This document shows, piece after piece, positions 38,496-48,033 of a stretch of DNA of 64,000 bases. Source of the stretch: an uncultured Dehalococcoidia bacterium (lineage in GTDB: Bacteria; Chloroflexota; Dehalococcoidia; DSTF01; JACRBR01); the NCBI GenBank assembly GCA_964487335.1, contig CAZAPT010000017.1:2710-66709 (forward strand), in the 5' to 3' direction. Numbering within the stretch: position 1 is the stretch's first letter; each line of letters begins with the position of its first letter. The notes beneath the pieces were generated by a model. It was given only the letters and a program-made list of their open reading frames with translations, made no database searches and had not been told where the DNA came from. The position numbers and the translations under genes were made by a program.

Positions 38496-38966
38496 TCACG
38501 CTTCGGTCTGCAGCTCGAAGACGACGGGTGTCCCCTTCGTGAACCACTCGTCGTGGACGCGCAGGACGTTGGACCTGGTCGGGATGCCCCAGACGTAGGT
38601 CACGTAGTCGAAGGAGTCGTACCAGCCGGCGACCGGCCGATAGATCCCTTGCGCGCGAGCCAGCTCATCAGGATCGGTGATGCGTCGGGCGGTGGCACGA
38701 TACGTATTCCGCCCGAGTTTCACGAAGACTTTGGGGTCAGCGTCGATGTTTTTCAGCCAGTCGGCTCGGGGGCCGAGGATCGCCGCGGCGTACACGCGAT
38801 CACCGTCACGGACGGCACGCATCGCACGGGTTCGAGGCTTGCCGGATCTCCGGCCCTTCGTCGTGACGACCGCAACGCCCTTCGGAGGGCGGATGCGCAG
38901 CGGGGGCGTGTTCGTGATGTTGCCGATCTTGTGGAAGAGCTTCGACCTGGCGAACGGATTAGCCAT
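38496..38966 (-). CDS. Deazaflavin(F420)-dependent nitroreductase-family protein (DUF385/PNPOx-like split barrel)
   Basis: 156 aa. Matches the DUF385 family by overall sequence; motif-level call only. Confidence 0.7.
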   Translation of the reverse strand: MANPFARSKLFHKIGNITNTPPLRIRPPKGVAVVTTKGRRSGKPRTRAMRAVRDGDRVYAAAILGPRADWLKNIDADPKVFVKLGRNTYRATARRITDPDELARAQGIYRPVAGWYDSFDYVTYVWGIPTRSNVLRVHDEWFTKGTPVVFELQTEA

Positions 38967-39159
38967 CGATGTGGAGGATATAGCTGGTTGAGTGGTAGAG
39001 ACTAGCGGCAGGGCAACCGGGACTGGGAACGCGGACCCGCGAGAGTTTCGAGCGTAGTGCGTCGTTGGATCTGCCCCGAACGCGTCGCCCGATGGTGGTA
39101 ATGCTGGATTCGCGGGATGGACGCATAGTCAAATTAAGCGGGAAGAAGGAGGGAACGCT

Positions 39160-39429
39160 ATGGTCGCTCAGCGAATCGAGGGCGAGGGGCGCGAGGCGTC
39201 GCACACGCACGAGGCGCGGATGCACGCTCACGACCACTACCACATCTCGCATCATCATGCCGGCGGGATGACGGGCGAGTGGAAGCATCGCACGTACTGG
39301 CACACGCACGATCACAATCACGCGCCGTTGTCGCACAGCCACGACTATCGGGCGGAGGACGAAGAGCGCGAGCACGACAAAGAGGCGCACATCCACGACC
39401 ACGAGGCACCGACGAAGTCGCCGGCTTAG
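39160..39429 (+). CDS. Histidine-rich small protein (24/89 residues His; candidate metal-binding/storage)
   Basis: RBS GAAGGAGGG 6 nt before the ATG. HxH and HHH repeats (HTHEARMHAHDHYHISHHH...HTHDHNH...HSHD...HIHDHE). Flanked by hairpins. Confidence 0.55.
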   Translation: MVAQRIEGEGREASHTHEARMHAHDHYHISHHHAGGMTGEWKHRTYWHTHDHNHAPLSHSHDYRAEDEEREHDKEAHIHDHEAPTKSPA

Positions 39430-39576
39430 CTCAGCCCCCTAGCCCCCTCCGATTAGCGAAGGGGAAGTGCCCACAAAGTGAGATCGCTTCGGTTTCTCAC
39501 GCGTCGGAGCGCCACGCGCACCGGGCGCGCGGCGCTCCGGCTTGAACGCCCGCGCTACGACAGGGAGTGCGGTCGT

Positions 39577-40509
39577 TCAGCCGCAGTTGGGGATGACTTG
39601 TTCGGCGAAGGTGCGTAGTTGGTCGAGTTCGTTGCCGGCGGGCCAGATGAAGATGCGCTGGACGCCAGCATCGGCGTAGGCACGGACGAGGCCGATGCAT
39701 TCGTCTGCAGTGCCGATGAGCAGGCGTGATGAGAGATCAACGGCGCCGCGGCCGACTGCCGGGCCCAACTTTTGCCCGACGACGCGCTCCGCTTCGACCC
39801 GGTCATCGGTGACGTAGGTGAACATCGTAGCCAAGCCGTTTGGGAACGTCTGCGGATCTTTGTTGTGGCGCGCGAGCGTTTCGCGCAGAGCGCTCCAGTC
39901 GGCCGGGAATTTCTCTGGTGTCGTGTTGTAGGCGGAGGCGAACCAGCCATCGCCGAGGCGAGCGACGCGGCGCAGGCCTGCGGGTGAGCCCCAGGCGCCG
40001 ATCCAGATCGGCGGACCGCCGGGCTGGAGCGGTCGCGGTCGCATGTTGATGGACTGCATGGCGTACGGTCCGGCGGCGTCGGGCACGTCCTCATCGCGCC
40101 AGGCGGCGCGCATCGCGATGATGGACTGACCGAGACGGCGCCAACGCTCTTCGAACGGCACGCCGGCGAGCACGTAGTCCGGTTCGTACGAGCCGGCGCC
40201 GACGCCGACTACGAGGCGACCGCCAGAGAGATGGTCGAGGGCGGCGAGCGTCTTGGCAGCGACGAACGGGTTGCGAACGGCGGGAATGATGATGCTCGTC
40301 GAGAGGCGGATGCGTTTCGTGGCGGCGGCCGCGATGGCGAGGGCCAGGGGGCCGTCGACCCAGGGCAGGCGATGGACGATGTGGTCGTTCGCGGAGACGA
40401 ACGCGTAGCCGAGAGACTCGGCCGCGGCGGCGTAGTCGGAGATGAAGGCAGCGTCGGGCGGGGAGTCGCCTTCGCCGAGGATCTGCGGGATGTGAACGCC
40501 AAATTCCAC
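39577..40509 (-). CDS. LLM-class (luciferase-like) F420/flavin-dependent oxidoreductase
   Basis: Probable GTG start (VEFGVHIPQ). TIM-barrel LLM motifs. The track ORF extends to 40593. Confidence 0.75.
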   Translation of the reverse strand: MEFGVHIPQILGEGDSPPDAAFISDYAAAAESLGYAFVSANDHIVHRLPWVDGPLALAIAAAATKRIRLSTSIIIPAVRNPFVAAKTLAALDHLSGGRLVVGVGAGSYEPDYVLAGVPFEERWRRLGQSIIAMRAAWRDEDVPDAAGPYAMQSINMRPRPLQPGGPPIWIGAWGSPAGLRRVARLGDGWFASAYNTTPEKFPADWSALRETLARHNKDPQTFPNGLATMFTYVTDDRVEAERVVGQKLGPAVGRGAVDLSSRLLIGTADECIGLVRAYADAGVQRIFIWPAGNELDQLRTFAEQVIPNCG

Positions 40510-40516
40510 GCTCGCG

Positions 40517-41050
40517 TCAGATCCCGGTGGAGCTGCCCTTGAGGCCGACAAGGCCCTTCGCGAATTCGATCTCGCCGAGATGGCGGTAGCCATGGGTCAT
40601 GCACATGCCGGACAGGCATTGCAGGACGGACATCTCACCGAGGGGCCGCACGGTGATCTTACGTTCGACGTCGTCGTCGCTCAGTGCGCCGACGTACGAC
40701 TCGGTGCGGGCGAAGACGTCGGACATGTAGCGCTTGAAGTCGTCGATTCCCTTCATACGGAAGTTCAGCGCTTCGTCGTCGCTGAAGCCGGTGCCCTGGG
40801 CCTTGGAGTCGAGGCCGAACTTCGAGTCCCAGCCGCCTTCCATCCACACGGTCGGCTTCCGCTGCATGACGAACTGGATGATGTTGTCCTCGGTGCGGAT
40901 GTAGTGCCACAGCGAGAACGCGATGTTCTGCTTGCCGCCGTCCGGTACGCGGTTGATCTGTTCGTCGTCGAGGCCATCAAGGACTCGGCCATAGAGTCCG
41001 TGCATGCTGTGCAGCTCGCGCTGCATGTAGTCGAGGAGCTCTTTCGCCAC
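40517..41050 (-). CDS. DinB/YfiT-family protein
   Basis: 177 aa. Matches the DinB_2 family by overall sequence; motif-level call only. Confidence 0.65.
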   Translation of the reverse strand: MAKELLDYMQRELHSMHGLYGRVLDGLDDEQINRVPDGGKQNIAFSLWHYIRTEDNIIQFVMQRKPTVWMEGGWDSKFGLDSKAQGTGFSDDEALNFRMKGIDDFKRYMSDVFARTESYVGALSDDDVERKITVRPLGEMSVLQCLSGMCMTHGYRHLGEIEFAKGLVGLKGSSTGI

Positions 41051-41053
41051 GTT

Positions 41054-41674
41054 TTATCCTGCTTTCTCCGCGGGCGGGACTGACTGATAAGCGCCGAGGA
41101 CGGCCTGATCACGATACTGCTCCTTGCCCTCGAGGAGCAGGTCGCCGCCGTACATGTCGCAGCAGACGATGGCGGGGAAGCCATCGACCTCGAGTTTCTT
41201 CACCGACTCCGTACCGAGGTCTTCGTAGGCGATGACGTCGAGCTTTTTGATCGTCTGCGAGAGCAGTGCGCCGGCGCCGCCGATGGCGATGAGGTAGACG
41301 GCTTTGTGCGCCTGCAGTGACTTCTTGACCGCGCTGCCGCGCCCGCCCTTGCCGATGATCGCCTTCAGACCCTGCTCGAGCAGCGCAGGCGTGTACGGGT
41401 CGAGGCGCATGGCGGTGGTGGGGCCCGCGGCGCCGATCACGCGGCCTGGGCGCGCGGGCGTCGGGCCGACGTAGTAGATCACCTGGCCCGTCATGTCGAA
41501 CGGGAGAGGTTTGCCGTCGTTGATCGCGGCGACCTCCCGGCGGTGGGCGGCGTCTCGCGAGGTGTAGATGGTGCCGTAGAACTTGACGTGATCGCCGACC
41601 CGGAGCTGAGCGACGTCATCGTCGGTGAGGGGCGGGGTGAGGCGGATCTCGCCGTTGATTTTTTCGATGGTCAT
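41054..41674 (-). CDS. Class I (Fe-S) fumarate hydratase / tartrate dehydratase beta subunit
   Basis: Start MTIEKINGEIRLTPPLTDDDV. The TSRDAAHRR and GGAGALL regions are typical of the FumB/TtdB C-terminal domain. Confidence 0.75.
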   Translation of the reverse strand: MTIEKINGEIRLTPPLTDDDVAQLRVGDHVKFYGTIYTSRDAAHRREVAAINDGKPLPFDMTGQVIYYVGPTPARPGRVIGAAGPTTAMRLDPYTPALLEQGLKAIIGKGGRGSAVKKSLQAHKAVYLIAIGGAGALLSQTIKKLDVIAYEDLGTESVKKLEVDGFPAIVCCDMYGGDLLLEGKEQYRDQAVLGAYQSVPPAEKAG

Positions 41675-41764
41675 GAGGCTGCTCTCGTTCGATTCAGCTT
41701 CCGATGTCATGCCGGCAGATGAAGAAACCGTATCTCATCCGGGTGTAGACGCCGATAATGATGC

Positions 41765-42556
41765 ATGAGCGATACCGCACGCGCCATACGGTATTTCATG
41801 CTCGCCTTTGGCGCGATCTTCGCCTCCGCGACCGGCGCTGGCATCGTATCGTCTTCTCATACAAGCCAGTCCCTATTCCTGGTTGTCCCTGTCTGCATCG
41901 TCATGGTCGCGACGAGTTTGTGGATCCTGGGATCTGGCATCGTATTTGTCCGCGTCCGACCGAACGAGAGCGTGGGCGGAGGCCCACTGCTTTCGTCGAT
42001 ACCGCTGCTGCCGGGCGAGCGCGTTCTGGGTTGGGACTTCGGAGACTACGGATCGGACCTCGCCCCTGAGTTCAGTTTTGGGTTGTTCGGCAGGCAATCT
42101 GGGTGCGTGTTCGTCAGCGATCGACGGATCATCTTCGTAACGTATAGATTCCTGAGATGGCCAGCCGCCAGCGCTTCGGTCCCATTCTCCGAACTCGCTG
42201 CGGGAGACATGAGGTGGACGAACGACAGGTTGACAGTCACAGGGACGACGGGAGTGGAGCATCGGTTCCGGTTCCTCTCGGGCCGAACGGTTGACATCGT
42301 GAACGCGGCCATTTCGGCGGGTGCTGCAGGCGTTGACGCGCCGTCCGTCACGCCACGGGCGCCATCCTGGACCAATCGTTTGCTCTTGTCGATCGGGTTC
42401 ACTTTGGGCACAGGCCTTGTGCTTCTCGGCGGCCTATCGCTGTTAGACATTGTCAGGATCCCCGGCATCGGGTTTCCGCCCGTCGTCCTCGTTGTATGGG
42501 GTGTGGCCGTTCTGATCTGGTACGGACGCGCCGCAGCAGAGAACGTAGCGCCGTAA
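41765..42556 (+). CDS. Hypothetical membrane protein with bacterial PH-like domain (2 TM + bPH + 2 TM)
   Basis: 263 aa. Interrupts the fumarase subunit genes and lies on the opposite strand. Confidence 0.5.
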   Translation: MSDTARAIRYFMLAFGAIFASATGAGIVSSSHTSQSLFLVVPVCIVMVATSLWILGSGIVFVRVRPNESVGGGPLLSSIPLLPGERVLGWDFGDYGSDLAPEFSFGLFGRQSGCVFVSDRRIIFVTYRFLRWPAASASVPFSELAAGDMRWTNDRLTVTGTTGVEHRFRFLSGRTVDIVNAAISAGAAGVDAPSVTPRAPSWTNRLLLSIGFTLGTGLVLLGGLSLLDIVRIPGIGFPPVVLVVWGVAVLIWYGRAAAENVAP

Positions 42557-42619
42557 GGACAAGTCCCGCCTGTCCGCCGCGACAACCGGGGGCACTTTGT
42601 TGCTTCGGCTTGTATCTGA

Positions 42620-43027
42620 CTAGCCGTCCAGCACGTCGGCTTCCGGGATGTTGACGTTGACGACGATGTTTTCACTCCCGCCGCGGGCGACGACCGACGT
42701 CACCTGCACGCTGTCGGAGCGGTTGATCTCCTGGTGCACGAGCTGCGCCGGGACGAAGATGAAGTCGCCGGGGCCCGCCTCGGCGCTGTGTTCGAGGCGA
42801 TCGCCCCAGCGCATCGTCAGCTGACCGCTGATGACGTAGATGCCGCTCTCGACGTCGCCGTGGTGGTGTGCCTGAGACGTGAAGCCGGGGTCGTTGGTCA
42901 CATATCCCATCCACACGCCAGTGGCGCCGCTCGTCGCGCCGGAGACGCCTGCGGCGCGCGTCATACCGGGGGTCTGCGCGGTACCAGCATCGCGCTGGTC
43001 GGGCTTGACGATGCGGATGTCGCTCAT
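42620..43027 (-). CDS. Cupin-domain protein
   Basis: Start MSDIRIVKPD (ATGA overlap with the upstream GNAT stop). Cupin motifs HHHGDVESGIYV ... PGDFIFVP. Confidence 0.65.
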   Translation of the reverse strand: MSDIRIVKPDQRDAGTAQTPGMTRAAGVSGATSGATGVWMGYVTNDPGFTSQAHHHGDVESGIYVISGQLTMRWGDRLEHSAEAGPGDFIFVPAQLVHQEINRSDSVQVTSVVARGGSENIVVNVNIPEADVLDG

Positions 43028-43605
43028 CGCAGATCCTTCGACATGTTGACCAGCGTCCATTCGGCGGCAGCGTCCCGCGGCTCGCCGTGCGGTAAGCCAC
43101 GCCTGCGCTCCTCGCTATCGACCGTGAACCCGAGCGATTCGTAATAGTCCGTTAGCCCGTTCTCGCGGACGCAGTCGAGGTGCAGGCGGTCGAAGCCGGC
43201 GTCACGCGCTCGGCGTTCGGCTTCGCGCATGAGGACCGTGCCGATGCCGTGGCCCTGCATGTCGGGCACGGTGGCGAACATGCCGACCCAGGCGCTGCCC
43301 GGAGACCAATCTGAGTCGAACCAGATCGCCGCGTGCGCGACGGGGGTGGCGTCGAGCTCGACGACGAGTCCAACGCCGCCTTTCTTCTCTACCTCATCGC
43401 GGTACTCCGCTTCGTCACTCACTCGAGCACGTTCGAAGATCCACCAGTCGACGGGACGATATGCATCGTTCACCAGGCGAACGATCGCCGGGACGTCCGC
43501 ATTCGTCGCATCACGCACGACGATCCGAGCCACGAGCGCCGGGTCCGGCTCCTTCGCGCGGGCGGGCGCTAGAGTTCGGCGTGCTTCGAGCGAGCGCTGT
43601 GGCAT
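43024..43605 (-). CDS. GNAT-family N-acetyltransferase
   Basis: Acetyl-CoA binding core (VGMFATVPDMQGHGIGTVLMREAERRARDAG). The N-terminus overlaps the fumA end, so the true start is probably internal. Confidence 0.7.
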   Translation of the reverse strand: MPQRSLEARRTLAPARAKEPDPALVARIVVRDATNADVPAIVRLVNDAYRPVDWWIFERARVSDEAEYRDEVEKKGGVGLVVELDATPVAHAAIWFDSDWSPGSAWVGMFATVPDMQGHGIGTVLMREAERRARDAGFDRLHLDCVRENGLTDYYESLGFTVDSEERRRGLPHGEPRDAAAEWTLVNMSKDLR

Positions 43606-44438
43606 TGGAGGTTCACCGCGACGGGGAGCGACGTGATGTGGGTCGGGTAGGTCTCGATATTCACGGCGAGGGCCGTGTTGGTCCCGCCGACCGCCTGCGG
43701 GCCGACGCCTAGCGCGTTCACCTTCTCGAGCAGCTCGCGCTCGAACTCCGCGGTCTCGTCGTCGTCGCTGTGCTCGCCGACCGGGCGCGTGATGGCCCTC
43801 TTCGCGAGGTACATGCAGTACTCGGAGGATCCGCCCACGCCAACTCCGACGACGAGGGGCGGGCAGGGGTTGCCTCCGGACTCCTCGATGGTGTTCAGGA
43901 CGAACTCCGTGATGCCTTCCTTGCCGCGGCCGGGGAGCATGATCTGGAACTTACTCATGTTCTCGCAGCCGCCGCCCTTTGGCACTACCGTGAGATGCAG
44001 CTTGTCGCCGGGGACGATCTCCGTGTGGATGACGGCCGGCGTGTTGTCCTTCGTATTCACGCGGGTAGAGAACGGGTGGTCGACGATCGAGGCGCGAAGG
44101 TAGCCCTCAGTGTAGCCCTTGCCGACGCCGCTGTTGATCGCGTCTCGGAGGGAGCCGCCGACGATGTGCACGTCCTGGCCGACTTCCGCCATCACGACGG
44201 TGGTACCGGTGTCCTGGCACAGCGGGATCATCTCGCGCTTCGAGATGTCCACGTTCTCGAGCAGCTCGATGAGCACCTGCTTGCCGAGCGGCGACTTCTC
44301 GGTGCGCTCGGCGTTCTGGAGGCCGGCAACGACGTCGTCGGGGAGCACGTGCGTCGCGGTCTCGCAGAGCCGCGCGACGGTGCGCGTGATCTCGTCGACG
44401 TGGATCTCGCGGACGCGGGTGGTGGTGTCGGTGGTCAT
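43569..44438 (-). CDS. Class I (Fe-S) fumarate hydratase / tartrate dehydratase alpha subunit
   Basis: 289 aa. Cys ligands (CQDTG, GGGCENMS) of the FumA/TtdA N-terminal catalytic domain. Confidence 0.8.
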   Translation of the reverse strand: MTTDTTTRVREIHVDEITRTVARLCETATHVLPDDVVAGLQNAERTEKSPLGKQVLIELLENVDISKREMIPLCQDTGTTVVMAEVGQDVHIVGGSLRDAINSGVGKGYTEGYLRASIVDHPFSTRVNTKDNTPAVIHTEIVPGDKLHLTVVPKGGGCENMSKFQIMLPGRGKEGITEFVLNTIEESGGNPCPPLVVGVGVGGSSEYCMYLAKRAITRPVGEHSDDDETAEFERELLEKVNALGVGPQAVGGTNTALAVNIETYPTHITSLPVAVNLQCHSARSKHAEL

Positions 44439-44454
44439 GCGATGGTCGTTCTCG

Positions 44455-45396
44455 CTACTTCAGGAGGGCGATCAGTTCTTTCGTGGCATCGGCGGCTCTT
44501 TTGATCTTCGCCGCTTCGTCGTCGGGTACGGGGATTTCGTGGGTTCGCTTGATGCCGCCTTCGCCGAGCTGGCACATGACGCCACAGACGATGTCCTTGA
44601 TGCCGTACTCGCCCTTACATAGTACCGCCGAGGGAATCAGCCGATTCTGGTCGAGCAGGATCGCCTCGACCATCTCGACGGTCGCGGCGGACGGGGCGTA
44701 GTAGGCGCTGGAGACCTTCATGAGCTCGCCGATCTCGGCGCCGCCGCGCATCGTGCGGGCAACGACGGCATCGATCTTATCCTGCTTGAGCAGTGACGAC
44801 AGCGGCAGGCCGCCGATGCGCGCCTGCGAGACGATCGGCACCATCGTCGTATCGGTGTGGCCACCCAGGACGTAGGCGTGGACGTCCCGGATGGAGAGGC
44901 CGGTCTCCATCGCGAGGAACGCGCGGAAGCGGGCGGTGTCGAGCGCGCCGCCCTGGCCGATGACGCGCTCGCGCGGGAAGCCGGAGGCGTCGAGCGCGAC
45001 GTGGCACATGGCGTCCATGGGGTTGGCGAAGATGATGATGACGGCATTCGGGGATGCCTTCGCGGCGTCCTTTACCTTGGCGCGGACGATGTCGGCGTTG
45101 CCGTTGAGGAGTTCTTCGCGGGACATTCCGGGTTTGCGCGGGGCGCCGGCTGTGCAGACGACGACGTCCGAGCCCTCCGTCTCATCCCAGCCGTCGGTGG
45201 CGGTGATCTTCGTGTCGAAACCGAGCCACGACGCCGACTGCGCCATGTCGAGCGCTTTACCGTGATGGAGGGCGCCGGCGAACTGCGGGTCGTCCTGAAT
45301 GACAACGTCGGCGATGCCCTTCTCGACGAGGCGCTGGGCGATGGCGCCGCCGGTCATGCCGCCGCCGATGACGGTCACCTTCTTGCGTGCGGGCAT
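44455..45396 (-). CDS. mdh: Malate dehydrogenase (LDH-like MDH)
   Basis: GGGMTGGA Rossmann motif. Substrate Arg in AGAPRKPGMSR. IIFANPMDAM. LGGHTDT. Confidence 0.85.
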   Translation of the reverse strand: MPARKKVTVIGGGMTGGAIAQRLVEKGIADVVIQDDPQFAGALHHGKALDMAQSASWLGFDTKITATDGWDETEGSDVVVCTAGAPRKPGMSREELLNGNADIVRAKVKDAAKASPNAVIIIFANPMDAMCHVALDASGFPRERVIGQGGALDTARFRAFLAMETGLSIRDVHAYVLGGHTDTTMVPIVSQARIGGLPLSSLLKQDKIDAVVARTMRGGAEIGELMKVSSAYYAPSAATVEMVEAILLDQNRLIPSAVLCKGEYGIKDIVCGVMCQLGEGGIKRTHEIPVPDDEAAKIKRAADATKELIALLK

Positions 45397-45515
45397 GACA
45401 CCTCCGGAGGTTGCTTCGAAGCTTCAGGCGTTGGGGCGGCGCTTCTGTCGAGCGCCTCAGGCGTTATACATCGAGTTACCCTGAGCCGGAAGCGGAGTTC
45501 CCCGCCCGAAGCGCT

Positions 45516-45920
45516 ATGCATTACCGAATCGACGCGTGGACCCGAACCATGATTGGACGTGCGCTCTTCACCCTCGCCTTTGTCGCGCTTATCGAGCTGG
45601 TTGAGCGCCGCTCGCTCGATACGTCTCACCTGGGCTGGTACCTCATTGAAGCGGCTGCGATCTATGCCGGGCTCGAGGTGTTTGCGCGGGTCGGTGAGTG
45701 GGTCGAGTTGGGAATGGACCGCGTAATCGTTTACAGGGCGAACCGCTGGGCGAGGAAAGACTACGTTCCCTATGCGTCGATCCAGGCGGTGACCGTCAAT
45801 GGCCGGGAAGTGCAGATCACGTGGTTTGACGATGAGCAGCGCAACCTGGCTTTTACGATGGATCACGCCGAAGAATTCGTCGCGGATCTCGACCAGCAGC
45901 GCAAATCGGTTTTAACCTGA
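45516..45920 (+). CDS. Hypothetical membrane protein
   Basis: Internal Met start (MHYRIDAW). 2 TM followed by a small soluble domain. Confidence 0.4.
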   Translation: MHYRIDAWTRTMIGRALFTLAFVALIELVERRSLDTSHLGWYLIEAAAIYAGLEVFARVGEWVELGMDRVIVYRANRWARKDYVPYASIQAVTVNGREVQITWFDDEQRNLAFTMDHAEEFVADLDQQRKSVLT

Positions 45921-45980
45921 GCCGAACCCCAGAGCTCAAGTTGCTTGTCGGTCAACCGAAAGGGGAGCTAGAGTCGAGCT

Positions 45981-46457
45981 ATGGGCATCCTCACCGATGA
46001 CATGAAGCGCGTGGTGCGGCAGCAGCGACTGGGCTTCATCGCGACGGTGTGCGCAGACGGGACGCCGAACCTCTCTCCGAAGGGCACGACCACGGTCTGC
46101 GACGACGATCACCTGGTATTCGCCGACATCTGCTCGCCCGGGACGATCGAGAACCTGCAGCGGAATCCGTCGATCGAGATTAACGTGGTCGACCCGATGG
46201 TGCGGAAGGGGTATCGGTTCAAAGGCACCGCGGAGATCGTCGACCCGGGGACGCAGTTCGACGCGATCATGGGATCTGTGTACGAAGCGATGTCGGAGGC
46301 GATCCGCGATCGGGTGCAGCGCCTCGTGCTGGTGCGCGTCGAGCGGGCGCAGCCGCTAATCTCGCCGGCATACGACGGCGGAGCAACGGAGGCGGAAGTG
46401 CGGGCGTCGTGGGAGGAGTACTGGCGGGCTGTGCAAGCCGGCGCGACAGAGCCGTAG
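45981..46457 (+). CDS. Pyridoxamine 5'-phosphate oxidase-family (F420/FMN-binding split barrel) protein
   Basis: RBS AAAGGGGAG. LGFIATVCADGTPNLSPKG motif typical of the PPOX class. Confidence 0.7.
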   Translation: MGILTDDMKRVVRQQRLGFIATVCADGTPNLSPKGTTTVCDDDHLVFADICSPGTIENLQRNPSIEINVVDPMVRKGYRFKGTAEIVDPGTQFDAIMGSVYEAMSEAIRDRVQRLVLVRVERAQPLISPAYDGGATEAEVRASWEEYWRAVQAGATEP

Positions 46458-46513
46458 TGGTAACGATGTTGAACGTTAGAGGTTAGATGTTGGCGTTGAG
46501 CACTGCGCTGTGA

Positions 46514-47074
46514 TTGCGGGTGCGCGCGGTGAGTGATCAGCCGGTCATCGAGTCGGCGGGGAGTTCGCGGGAGACGGCGATCTACCGGCCGGCGGCACGG
46601 GTGCTGCTGATCGATCCGTCCGCCCGGGTGCTGCTGTTTCGGGTGGACATCCGGGAGCGACCGTTGTGGATCACACCAGGCGGGGGTTTGGAGGCCGGGG
46701 AGTCGTTCAAGGAGGCGGCGCGGCGCGAGCTGTTCGAGGAGACGGGGGTCCAATGCGAGTTGGGGCCGTGCGTGTGGCTGCGCCGGCACGTCTTCGTGTT
46801 CGACCCGTCGTGGATCTCGGATGGCGACGAGCTGCCGCCCGTTTGGATCGACGAGGTCGAGCGGATCTTCGTGGCGCGGTGCGGGGGCGGAGTGGAGGTG
46901 ACGCGGGCGAACTGGTTGCCGCACGAGCACAAGTTCATGAGCGAGCACCGGTGGTGGACAGTGGAGGAGATCGCGGGATCGTCGGATTGGTTCGCGCCCC
47001 GGCGGATGGGGGAACTGTTGCCGGCGGTGATTGCGGCGGAGTATTCGGCAGAGCCGATCGAAGTCGACGAGTGA
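46514..47074 (+). CDS. NUDIX hydrolase
   Basis: Nudix box GGGLEAGESFKEAARRELFEETG. Start codon uncertain (the track uses TTG). Confidence 0.75.
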   Translation: MRVRAVSDQPVIESAGSSRETAIYRPAARVLLIDPSARVLLFRVDIRERPLWITPGGGLEAGESFKEAARRELFEETGVQCELGPCVWLRRHVFVFDPSWISDGDELPPVWIDEVERIFVARCGGGVEVTRANWLPHEHKFMSEHRWWTVEEIAGSSDWFAPRRMGELLPAVIAAEYSAEPIEVDE

Positions 47075-47244
47075 GGCGTGGGGTGCAGCAGTCGAGGCGC
47101 CTACCGAACGTCGCCTTCGCGGGCGGTTGCGGAAAGCGCAGCTGGCGGCGGGATCGACGTGATCCGGGCTTGTGCGAGACTGAGGATGGCCCTGCCGTGA
47201 GGTGGGTGGGCGACGCCGTTCAGCGTCACCGTCAAGGAGATTGA

Positions 47245-47484
47245 ATGAACGGTTGGGAATACAAGGTCGTCTACGTCGATTTCAGGGGCAGGATTTCATC
47301 GGAAGGGGCGGAGTACATCCGACAAGGCGGTGAACACCGCACCGGGTTCGTCCGTGGCTACCTCGACAAGCTTGGCGAGGAGGGCTGGGAGGTGACCGGG
47401 GTACTTCCGCTCCACAGGCCGGAGAGCAGCTACTTCATGCTGAAGCGCCCTCGCACGGGAGCGTCGAAGGCATCCGAAGGTTAG
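47245..47484 (+). CDS. DUF4177-domain small protein
   Basis: MNGWEYKVVY ... EEGWEV ... FMLKRP pattern. Confidence 0.55.
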   Translation: MNGWEYKVVYVDFRGRISSEGAEYIRQGGEHRTGFVRGYLDKLGEEGWEVTGVLPLHRPESSYFMLKRPRTGASKASEG

Positions 47485-47565
47485 TTAGCATTCGGCGCTG
47501 AGGCGTCGGGCGCGCTCGCCGCGGCAGGGCTATCTTCAGACTGGGACCGCCACCCGTGCGAGGGG

Positions 47566-47916
47566 TTGACCCGCACTGCTATCATCACCTCGATGACCGT
47601 GCGCGAAGACGCCGTCTCGCCTCACGTCTACGTCAACGAGGAAGACGACGACGAGCCGTTCCCGTACGAGCGGGAAGCGGCGCCCGTCGATACTCCACCC
47701 CAAGTCCCTGCTTACATCGCCATCATCCGGATCATCGCGGTGCTCGGGATGGGGCTGTGCATCTCCTTCGGGCTATTCATCATGCTGGCCGGGTTGCGGG
47801 GCGTGATCATCGGAATCCCGATCCTGCTCCTGTCGGTCCCGTGCTACCTCGGAATGCGGCTCGCCGAGCGATTCGTCCGGGCCGACGTCGATCCAACGGA
47901 CGAACCTCATGCGTGA
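47566..47916 (+). CDS. Hypothetical small membrane protein (2 TM)
   Basis: Acidic N-terminus, two hydrophobic helices. Confidence 0.4.
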   Translation: MTRTAIITSMTVREDAVSPHVYVNEEDDDEPFPYEREAAPVDTPPQVPAYIAIIRIIAVLGMGLCISFGLFIMLAGLRGVIIGIPILLLSVPCYLGMRLAERFVRADVDPTDEPHA

Positions 47917-48033
47917 GCGACGTCGCGCGCCGCACGGCGCACGCGTCAGTCACGCTCCTCTCCTCATCACCTCCCCCTCTGAGTCGCGCGGCCTGCGAGA
48001 CTCGCTGCTGTCCGGGCAGCGGAGGGACGGCTG

